Assembly: GCA_963799625.1 (NCBI GenBank)
Contig: CAWCXU010000013.1
Span: 36,939-100,938 of the forward strand
DNA: 64,000 bases
From: an uncultured Actinomycetes bacterium
GTDB lineage: Bacteria; Actinomycetota; UBA4738; HRBIN12
Reading direction: 5' to 3'
Position 1 is the first letter of the stretch. Each line of letters begins with the position of its first letter. A model generated the notes under the pieces. The model did not search any database and had not been told where the DNA came from. It saw only the letters and a program-made list of their open reading frames with translations. The position numbers and the translations under genes were made by a program. Below are positions 52,494 through 60,689 of the stretch, piece after piece.

Positions 52494-52946
52494 TCAGGCC
52501 GTCCGGCGCATGACGTCGGCCGATCCCGTTCGTGCGTAGAGCACGGGCGATGACTCGAGGACGTCGACCACCGGGAGACGGAAGGCCTGACGCACCCGTC
52601 CCGCGACGCTGACCCGGCGTCGGTGGGGTCGCTCCCGCATCGCGAGCACGATGGAGTCGTACCGGGACTCTCGGAGGGCGTCCTCGATCGCCAACAGCGG
52701 ATCGACGTCGCCGACCTCGCCGTCGATCTCGGGATCGACCTCGCGCATCCACTCGAGACCGTCCGCGAGTCGTCGACGCGCGACCAGGTGCGCCTCGCTC
52801 TCTTCCCAGGTGAGGTGTCGTGTGTCGGGGGTCGTCGGCACGACGAGATGGAACGTCGATCGCTCGTCGCCGTTGCGGCTCCGGACGAAATCCTTCAGCT
52901 CGCGCGCCCCCACAGCCCGATCCGCGACCACTAGGTATCTCTGCAT
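52494..52946 (-). CDS. Universal-stress-protein-like protein
   Basis: RYLVVAD, FHLVVP, GEVGDVDPLLAIEDAL, YDSIVL. Confidence 0.78.
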   Translation of the reverse strand: MQRYLVVADRAVGARELKDFVRSRNGDERSTFHLVVPTTPDTRHLTWEESEAHLVARRRLADGLEWMREVDPEIDGEVGDVDPLLAIEDALRESRYDSIVLAMRERPHRRRVSVAGRVRQAFRLPVVDVLESSPVLYARTGSADVMRRTA

Positions 52947-53130
52947 GACTCTGTCCTCCTCGATGGCAAGGAGTACGGGCGAGTCGGAACGTCGGTTCGG
53001 GCCGCGGCGCGCGGCCCCTCGTGATGCCCGGTTTGACCGCCCGACGCGGCTCCTGGAGGATTGTCGACAGTCGACACACTGAATCGTCGCTCGGACGCCG
53101 TCGCCAGACGGGTCCATGAGAGGGGGAACG

Positions 53131-54564
53131 ATGACGACGTTCGATCGCAGAAGCTTCATGCGCGTGGCCGCGGTGGGCGCCGGGGCCGTCGCGACCGGTT
53201 TCCGACCGGCGACCGCGGTCGCGTCCACGAGACCGGCGTTCAAGCGCGCAACCAGGATCGCCCCGTCGCTCACGCAGGCGGGACCCGAGCTCGCGTTGCT
53301 GCCCGGGTTCACCTACAAGACGTTCGCCGCGTTCGGCTCCCCGATGTCCGACGGGTTCATCACGCCGCCGATCCACGACGGGATGGGCGTGTTCGATCAG
53401 CCGGGCGGGGGCTACCGGATCGTCCGCAACCACGAGCTCGGCGACTCGAACGACAACCGGCCGGGCACCGTGCTGGGCGATCCCGCGACGGCGTACGACA
53501 AGAAGGCGCCCGGCGGGACGATCACGCTGGTGCTCAACGACAGCGCGCACCTGCTCGACCACTTCATCTCGCTGAACGGGACGGACTCGAACTGTTCAGG
53601 TTCGCCCACGCCGTGGGACACGTGGCTCACCTGCGAGGAGACGACCGTGGGCACGGGCGGCGGGTGGGGCAAGCCGCACGGCTACATCTTCGAGGTCGAT
53701 CCGTCGGCCGACGGACCGGTGCTGCGCAAGCCGATCAAGGCGATGGGGCGGTTCACCCACGAGGCGGCCGCCGTCGACCCGGCCACGTCGGTCGTGTACA
53801 TGACCGAGGACTACAACCCCGACGGGTTCTACCGGTTCATCCCGGACTCACCGGGGCATCTCGAGCAAGGCGGCGTGCTCCAGGCGTTGAAGATCAAGGG
53901 GATGCCGGAGTACGACACGATCCACGGGCAGACGGTCGGGGCGTCGCTGCCCGCCGTCTGGGTCGACATCGACGACCCCGACCCCGACGACGCCGAGGAG
54001 CACCCGCGCGCGGTGCGGACGCAGGGCGTCAAGAAAGGCGCCGCGAGGTTCATGAGCGGCGAAGGGTGCACGTGGCGGGACGATCACGTGGTGTTCGACT
54101 CCTCGGACGGCGGCGACATCGGCCGTGGGCAGATCTGGTCCTATCGCGCGACCACCCATCGCGGTGGGCTCGACGAGGAGGGCGAGCTCACGCTGCTGTT
54201 CGAGTCGACCGACAAGCACGTGCTCGACTTCCCGGACAACATGTGCACGAGCCCCGGCGGCGGGATCGTCGTGGTCGAGGACGGCGACGACCGCCAGAAC
54301 TTCATCCGCGGCCTTCTGCCCGACGGCTCGATGATCACCCTCGGACAGAACCTGGTGGACGTTCGCCGGCAGTTGATCGACGCCTCGGGCAAGCTATACG
54401 ACCCGAAGGTACCCGACGACGACTTCGGCGTTGAGGACGGGGTCGGCCGCTCGGAGTTCGCGGGGCCGCGCTTCAGCCAGGACGGCACGTGGCTGTTCGT
54501 GAACATCCAGGTGCCGGGGATCACCTGCGCGATCACGGGGGATTGGGACAGCCTCGGGCTGTAG
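53131..54564 (+). CDS. phoX: PhoX-family alkaline phosphatase (Tat)
   Basis: DRRSFM; HDGM, VRNHE, NCSG, TPWDTWLTCEE, GRFTHEA, PDN, SEFAG, FVNIQ. Confidence 0.88.
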   Translation: MTTFDRRSFMRVAAVGAGAVATGFRPATAVASTRPAFKRATRIAPSLTQAGPELALLPGFTYKTFAAFGSPMSDGFITPPIHDGMGVFDQPGGGYRIVRNHELGDSNDNRPGTVLGDPATAYDKKAPGGTITLVLNDSAHLLDHFISLNGTDSNCSGSPTPWDTWLTCEETTVGTGGGWGKPHGYIFEVDPSADGPVLRKPIKAMGRFTHEAAAVDPATSVVYMTEDYNPDGFYRFIPDSPGHLEQGGVLQALKIKGMPEYDTIHGQTVGASLPAVWVDIDDPDPDDAEEHPRAVRTQGVKKGAARFMSGEGCTWRDDHVVFDSSDGGDIGRGQIWSYRATTHRGGLDEEGELTLLFESTDKHVLDFPDNMCTSPGGGIVVVEDGDDRQNFIRGLLPDGSMITLGQNLVDVRRQLIDASGKLYDPKVPDDDFGVEDGVGRSEFAGPRFSQDGTWLFVNIQVPGITCAITGDWDSLGL

Positions 54565-54623
54565 AACTGACGATAGAGCCCGCGGCCGTCATCATCTGGG
54601 GACCCAGGGAACCCTGAACCTCG

Positions 54624-55965
54624 ATGATCGACGGCATCGCGACACCCACCCAGCCAGCGGGGCGGTCTGTGAGGCAACGCCTCGCGCGTCTCCGCCTGCG
54701 CTTCCGCGACCCTGTCCTCGAGTCGGCGTTCCGGGAGGACCGGCTCGACCACAACCTGGGCAACGTCCGATTCGGCTTCATCGCCGGCATCGGCCTGTGG
54801 ATCGGGTGGGGGCTCCTCTTGCGCCCGTACATGCTGTCGATCCGCGACCTGCAGCTGGACACACAGTTCCGGTTCGGCGTGTTCATCCCGTTGCTGGTCC
54901 TCGGGTACGCGTTCACCTACACCCGGCTCTTCCGCCGCGTCTGGGAGTGGACCTCGTTCGCGATCGTGGTCGCCACCCTCGTGGTCTGGGTCTTCTATTC
55001 CACGAAGATCCTGACCCTGCCGGCGGAATACGGCTACGTCGGCGTCATCCTGATCACGGCGTTCACGTACACGCTCCTTCGCCTGCGGTTCTTCCTCGTC
55101 GTCCTCACCACGTTGGCCGGCATCGCCGTCTATCTCCCGTACGTCTTCACGGCCAAGTACATCGCCCCCGTGAGCTCGGTGCTGGCGGCCCTGTATCTCA
55201 TCTCGTTCGGAGTGCTGGGCTCGCTCGCCGCGTACTGGATGGAACGGTTCGCGCGCCAGCTCTTCCTGCGCCAGCGCGATCTGGATCAGGAACGCACACG
55301 GTCGGACGGCCTCCTGCTGAACATCCTTCCGCAGGCCGTGGTCGAGCAGCTCAAGAACTCCTCCGGTGAGCGGATCGCCGAGGCGTTCGACGACGTGAGC
55401 GTGATCTTCGTCGACGCGGTCGGCTCGACCCAGCAAGCCGCCCGCTCCTCCCCCGAGGCGTTCGCCGACGCCCTCGACGAGCTCTTCCGTTGGTTCGATC
55501 AGCTCGCCGACCGGCACGGTCTCGAGAAGATCAAGACGATCGGCGACGCGTACATGGCCGTCGCGGGCGCGCCGGTCCCGATGGCGGACCATGCCGACGC
55601 CACCGTCGGGATGGCGCTCGAGATCGTCGCCGGATCCCGGGTCGGTGCGGTGGCCGTCGGGAGACCCGATCGTGGTGCGGGGTGGGATCGCGACGGGACC
55701 GGTCGTCGCCGGTGTGATCGGCGAACGGAAGTTCGCCTACGACGTCTGGGGCGACACGGTGAACCTCGCGAGCAGGCTCCAGGAGGCGGGCGATCCCGGT
55801 GAGGTCCTGGTCTCGCAGCGGACGGCCGACGTCATCCATCGGTACGGGTGCGGGCCGGTCCGGATGGTCGACATCAAGGGCAAGGGCGAGACACCCGTGC
55901 GAGCCCTCATGCGCCCCGGGTCCTCCGGCGATGTCGAACCCTCCGCGCAGCTGGAGTCGTCGTGA
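54624..55965 (+). CDS. 6-TM class III adenylate cyclase, frameshift at ~55640
   Basis: LLLNILP, FVDAVGST, KIKTIGDAYM, then YDVWGDTVNLASRL in the next frame. Confidence 0.88.
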
Positions 55966-56885
55966 ACCCGTGGCTCCGTCGGGTTGCGCCGATCCTGGTC
56001 GCGCTCGCCTGCTGCCTCGGGTCGGCGTGTACATCGGCGGCCCCGGACGTCGCGCGGTCCTCCGGCCCGGGGAAGGGCACGATCGTCGTCGGCGTCTCGG
56101 GCTCGTTCGCCGAGAACCAGCTCGTCGCGGAGATGTACGCGGACGTGCTCGAGCACGCCGGCTACACGGTGGAACGGCAGTTCGACCTCCGATCGCGGGA
56201 GGTCTCGCAATCCGCGCTGGAGTCGGGGCAGATCGATCTCAAGCCCGAGTACCTCTCGTCGCTGCTGCTATTCCTCGATCCGAGCGCGGCGCACTCGAAC
56301 GATCCCGGCGCGGTCGCGGCACAGGACGCGGCGCTGCTCGCGCCCAGCGGGGTCTCGGTGCTGACGCCCTCGCCGGCGCAGGACCAGAACGTGTTCGTGG
56401 CGAACGCCGAGACCGCCCAGCGCTTCGGGCTGACCACGATGTCGTCGCTCGCGGGAGCGGCGAGCCAACTGACGTTCGGCGGGCCGCCCGAGTGCCCACA
56501 GCGCCCGTTCTGTCTCGAGGGCCTGCGGGACACGTACGGGATCCTGTTCTACGACTTCACGCCCCTCGACGCCGGAGGTCCGCAGACCGTCGCCGCGCTC
56601 ACGAGCAACGAGGTCCAGATCGGTCTGCTGTTCTCCACCGACCCCAGCATCAGGGCGAACGGGTTCGTGCCCCTCATCGATGACAAGCACCTGCAGGATG
56701 CCGAGAACATCACCCCCATGATCCGCACGGAGAAGCTGAACGATGAGGTCCGGCGTCTGCTGGACGGCGTCAGCGCGAAGCTCACGACGAAGAATGTGAC
56801 GACGCTCGTGGGAGAAGTGGTGCTGAGTGGTGAGGACGTCGCGAGCGTGGCCCAGGCATTCCTCATCGCGAACGACCTGATCTAG
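55962..56885 (+). CDS. OsmF/OpuAC-type (betaine/choline) ABC substrate-binding lipoprotein
   Basis: GSAC lipobox, FAENQLVAEMY, IDLKPEY, GPPECPQRPFC, FSTDP, DDKHLQDAENITP. Confidence 0.88.
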   Translation: MNPWLRRVAPILVALACCLGSACTSAAPDVARSSGPGKGTIVVGVSGSFAENQLVAEMYADVLEHAGYTVERQFDLRSREVSQSALESGQIDLKPEYLSSLLLFLDPSAAHSNDPGAVAAQDAALLAPSGVSVLTPSPAQDQNVFVANAETAQRFGLTTMSSLAGAASQLTFGGPPECPQRPFCLEGLRDTYGILFYDFTPLDAGGPQTVAALTSNEVQIGLLFSTDPSIRANGFVPLIDDKHLQDAENITPMIRTEKLNDEVRRLLDGVSAKLTTKNVTTLVGEVVLSGEDVASVAQAFLIANDLI

Positions 56886-56907
56886 CTGCAACCCCTAGTC
56901 TCGGGGC

Positions 56908-58299
56908 GTGACCGAGCGCTTCGACCTCGTGGTGATCGGCGGCGGGCCGGCCGGGGAGCGGGGCGCCGCCCAGGCCGCGTACTTCGGCAAGCGGGTCGCC
57001 CTCATCGAGCGCGCGCCCGAGCCCGGCGGCGCCGCCGTGCACACCGGCACGTTGCCGTCGAAGACGCTGCGGGAGGCCGGGCTCTTCCTGTCGGGGTACC
57101 GGCAGCGCGACATGTACGGCGTGAACGTCCACATCGATCCCGACGTCACGGTGGCGCGTCTGCTCGAGCGCAAGAACGTCGTCGAGAGCCTCGAGACCGC
57201 GCGGATCCACGCGAACCTGGAGCGGCACAAGATCGAGCTGATCCGAGGGATGGGACGGCTCATCGGCCCTCACGAGGTCGCGGTGCAGCAGCCCGATGGC
57301 GAGCGCCGACTGGAGGCCGAGTTCGTCCTGCTCGTCACGGGATCGTCGCCGTACCGGCCGGGAGGCATCCCGTTCGAGGACGAGGAGGTGTACGACGCCG
57401 ACGGGATCCTGCGGATCGACCGTCTCCCGACGAAGCTCGTGGTGATCGGGGGTGGCGTGATCGGTTGTGAGTACGCGTGCATGTTCGCGGCGCTCGGGAT
57501 CGAGGTGCACCTGATCGATCCCCGGCCGGCGCTGCTGCCGTTCCTCGACGCCGAGATGGGCGAGCGGCTCGCCGACGCGATGACGACGCTCGGCGTTCGG
57601 CTCCACCTCGAGCGGAAGCTCGAGCACGTCGCGAGGGTCGGCGGCGTGCTCGTGACGACGCTGACCTCGGGCGCGGAGATCGAGGCGGACACGGTGCTGG
57701 TCGCGTCCGGCCGCTCGGGCAACACTGCCGGGCTCGGCCTCGAGGACGTCGGCGTGGAGGTCGACCGTCGTGGCTACGTCGTGGTCGACGACGACTTCCG
57801 CACCGCGGTGCCGAGTGTCTACGCGGCGGGCGACGTCGTCGGGTTCCCGGCCCTCGCGAGCGTCTCGATGGAACAGGCGCGCGTCGCGGTCTGCCACGCG
57901 TTCGGGTTCACGTACAAGCGCCAGGTTGCGGAGCTCTACCCCTACGGCGTCTACACGATCCCCGAGGTGAGCTGCGTCGGGCTCGCCGAGGACGAGGCCG
58001 TGCGGCGCGGGCTCGACGTGATCGTCGGCCGGGCAAGGTTCGCCGACAACGTCCGCGGCCAGATCATCGGGGACCGCGACGGGTTGGTGAAGCTCGTGTT
58101 CGACCGGTCGACGCGCAAGCTGATCGGCTGCCACGTGATCGGCGAGCGGGCCTCCGAGCTCGTGCACGTCGGCCAGGCCATCATCACCCTCGAAGGAACC
58201 GTGGAAACGTTCATCGAGATGGTGTTTAACCACCCCACGCTCGGCGAAACCTTCAAATACGCGGCCTACGACGCGCTCGGCCGGCTCGGCCCGGCGTAG
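56908..58299 (+). CDS. sthA: Soluble pyridine nucleotide transhydrogenase
   Basis: GGGPAGE, HTGTLPSKTLRE, GGGVIGCEY, ASVSMEQ, FNHPTL; no redox CxxxxC. Confidence 0.9.
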   Translation: MTERFDLVVIGGGPAGERGAAQAAYFGKRVALIERAPEPGGAAVHTGTLPSKTLREAGLFLSGYRQRDMYGVNVHIDPDVTVARLLERKNVVESLETARIHANLERHKIELIRGMGRLIGPHEVAVQQPDGERRLEAEFVLLVTGSSPYRPGGIPFEDEEVYDADGILRIDRLPTKLVVIGGGVIGCEYACMFAALGIEVHLIDPRPALLPFLDAEMGERLADAMTTLGVRLHLERKLEHVARVGGVLVTTLTSGAEIEADTVLVASGRSGNTAGLGLEDVGVEVDRRGYVVVDDDFRTAVPSVYAAGDVVGFPALASVSMEQARVAVCHAFGFTYKRQVAELYPYGVYTIPEVSCVGLAEDEAVRRGLDVIVGRARFADNVRGQIIGDRDGLVKLVFDRSTRKLIGCHVIGERASELVHVGQAIITLEGTVETFIEMVFNHPTLGETFKYAAYDALGRLGPA

Positions 58300-58343
58300 C
58301 GGCCACGCCCGATCGATTGCACTTCCGAGGCGCCGGCCGCAGG

Positions 58344-59315
58344 ATGCCCCCGATGGACGAGACGTTCGACACGTTCTGTCGGCGCGTGCAGACGCTCTCC
58401 GAGGCCAAGGGCTGGAGGTTCGCTCCCGGACTGCGAGAGGCCGATCTCGACGCATGGGAAGCCCGGATCGGCTTCGTTTTCCCGCCGGAGATGCGTCAGA
58501 TGCTGAGCCTCGGCTACCCGGTCGCCGCCCGGAAAGAAGACATGCGCAGCGTCGGCCCGGTCACCCGGCAGCATGACGGGAAGGTGAGCCTCAGGGTTCG
58601 CGGACGTCACTTCATGATTCCGGGGTGGCTCGCTCGGAGCCGCCCGGTCCGTGAGGCGACGTACACGCACTGGAGGTTCGTGGATTGGGGCAACACGAAG
58701 GCGGACAACGTTGCGTTCGTGGAGGAGCTCGCGCGTCAGCGTCAGCTCGATCACCTGCGTTTCGAGATCCAGAAGAAGGGCGCTTGGCCCCTTGAATGGG
58801 GTCCGAGACCTCTTGATGCCGCACCCAAGAGCTCTGATGGATGGACGGTTTTGGAGACGCCCGGAGGATCATTCAGGTACAACGCGGCGATCGACCGAGT
58901 GATCGACCAGCACATCGGCGAGGTGCCCCCGCTGATCCCTCTCGATAGTCGCTCGCTGATCGCGAGTGCTCCCGAGCCGGGTCAGCCGGTGTTCATGTAT
59001 TGGTTCGGCTCCCTGCTCCATCTCGATTCGTTCGATCTCGCCGGCTTCCTGGCTGCCCGTGTTGGGATCTTCCCTCTCGACATGACCGTGATCCCTCGGT
59101 GGACCTTCTGGAGTCAGTTCGCCGAGATCGCATCTGATCCTGACGACTCGAACCGGGTTCGGCGAGAGCACGACGTGCTGGTGCGACGGATGCAGACCGC
59201 CCCCGATCCAACGGCGGTGTACCGAAGCTTTCACCGGATGCACCCGAAGGACGACGACCCTGACCCCGGACTCTGGGCCGCGCTCACAGAGCTCGGTCCG
59301 GTCGGCCCAGCCTAG
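58344..59315 (+). CDS. SMI1/KNR4 (SUKH)-like hypothetical protein
   Basis: PGLREADLDAWEARIGFVFPPEMRQML; W..EWGPRP; PPLIPL. Confidence 0.6.
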   Translation: MPPMDETFDTFCRRVQTLSEAKGWRFAPGLREADLDAWEARIGFVFPPEMRQMLSLGYPVAARKEDMRSVGPVTRQHDGKVSLRVRGRHFMIPGWLARSRPVREATYTHWRFVDWGNTKADNVAFVEELARQRQLDHLRFEIQKKGAWPLEWGPRPLDAAPKSSDGWTVLETPGGSFRYNAAIDRVIDQHIGEVPPLIPLDSRSLIASAPEPGQPVFMYWFGSLLHLDSFDLAGFLAARVGIFPLDMTVIPRWTFWSQFAEIASDPDDSNRVRREHDVLVRRMQTAPDPTAVYRSFHRMHPKDDDPDPGLWAALTELGPVGPA

Positions 59316-59340
59316 CGGCGGCGGGCTGTACGCTCGCGTG

Positions 59341-60537
59341 ATGGCCGCGGTGCACACGCTCGAGGGGGCAGCGGAACGAGCGGGGGTCGAGCCCTCGTAC
59401 CTCTCCCGGCTCCGGGAACTCGGCATCGTCCCGGGGGATCGCGACGGCTTCTCGGACGGCGACGTGCGCCGCGCGCTCACCGCCAAGTCGCTTGAGGGCG
59501 CAGGCATCCCCTTGGACGTGTTGGGGGCGGCGATGAAGGCGGGCGACCTGAACCTGAACTTCCTCGACAGCGCCGCGTACGAACGGTTCGCCGGCCTGTG
59601 CAACGAGACGTTCCGCCAGGTGAGCGAGCGGACGGGGGTCCCGCTCGAGCTGCTCATGGTCATCCGGGAGTCGATCGGGATGGCCCAGCCCTCGCCCGAC
59701 GATCGGATGCGAGAGGACGAGCTCGGGGTCTTGCCGTTCCTCGAGATGCAGATCGCCGCGGGGTTCCGCACGCCGGCGATCGAGCGGCTGCTTCGGGTGA
59801 CCGGCGATGCCACCCGCCGGATCAGTGAGCAAGAGGCCGCCTGGTGGCGATCCGAGGTGATCCAGCCGGCGATGACCGCCGGGAAGAGCGCCGACGACAT
59901 CGGCAATCCCGAGTTCGCGGACCAGATCACGCCGCTGTCGGAGCAGGCGATGCTCTCCATGTACCACGCACAGCAAGCGCGCGAGTGGACCGCCAACATC
60001 ATCGACGGGTTCGAACAGGTGATGGCCAAGGCGGGGATCCACAGCCGCCTGGAACGTCCTCCGGCGATCTGCTTCCTGGACATCACCGGGTACACACGGT
60101 TCACGCAAGAGCTCGGCGACGCCGCCTCGGCCGAGCTGGCCGCGACCCTCGCGCGGCTCGTGCAGCGGAGCTCCGTGCAGCACGGCGGCAAACCGATCAA
60201 ATGGCTCGGCGACGGCGTGATGTTCTACTTCGATCGGCCCGGCGCCGGCGTGCGTTCCGCGCTGGAGATGACGGACGCGCTGCCGGCCGCCGGGCTGCCG
60301 CCCGTGCACGTCGGCCTGTCCTGCGGGCCGGTCCTGTTCCAGGAGGGCGACTACTTCGGCCAGACGGTGAACCTGTCCGCGCGGATCGCCGACTACGCGC
60401 GACCCGGCGAGGTGCTCGTCACCCGTTCGGTCGTCGACGCCTCGGAGGAGGACGACATCGGGTTCCACGAGATCGGCCCGGTCGAGCTGAAGGGTGTCGC
60501 GGGCCCGACCGAGCTCCTGCGAGCCCAACTGAACTGA
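59341..60537 (+). CDS. Cytoplasmic class III adenylate cyclase with N-terminal regulatory HTH-like repeats
   Basis: CFLDITGYT, IKWLGDGVM, GDYFGQTVNLSAR. Confidence 0.9.
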   Translation: MAAVHTLEGAAERAGVEPSYLSRLRELGIVPGDRDGFSDGDVRRALTAKSLEGAGIPLDVLGAAMKAGDLNLNFLDSAAYERFAGLCNETFRQVSERTGVPLELLMVIRESIGMAQPSPDDRMREDELGVLPFLEMQIAAGFRTPAIERLLRVTGDATRRISEQEAAWWRSEVIQPAMTAGKSADDIGNPEFADQITPLSEQAMLSMYHAQQAREWTANIIDGFEQVMAKAGIHSRLERPPAICFLDITGYTRFTQELGDAASAELAATLARLVQRSSVQHGGKPIKWLGDGVMFYFDRPGAGVRSALEMTDALPAAGLPPVHVGLSCGPVLFQEGDYFGQTVNLSARIADYARPGEVLVTRSVVDASEEDDIGFHEIGPVELKGVAGPTELLRAQLN

Positions 60538-60593
60538 GAGCGGTTGCGGGCCGTTGCGCCCTTCGCGAACACGCCCGTCGCCCACCTGGTCCG

Positions 60594-60632
60594 GCGATAT
60601 CCACAGAGTGGAACTCGGTTCCAACATCTGGA
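60594..60632. repeat. 39-bp palindromic dispersed repeat, copy 2
   Basis: 34/39 identical to 5562-5600. Confidence 0.75.
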
Positions 60633-60689
60633 CATGACTGACAGGGGGTCGGACCCGCGCTCGCGCCGCCCGCGACTATCGTTCCGGCC

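Noticed and set aside
2557-55965. Programmed frameshifting in the split genes
   Set aside because: No slippery heptamers were noticed; the indels fall in ordinary enzyme families, consistent with sequencing error.
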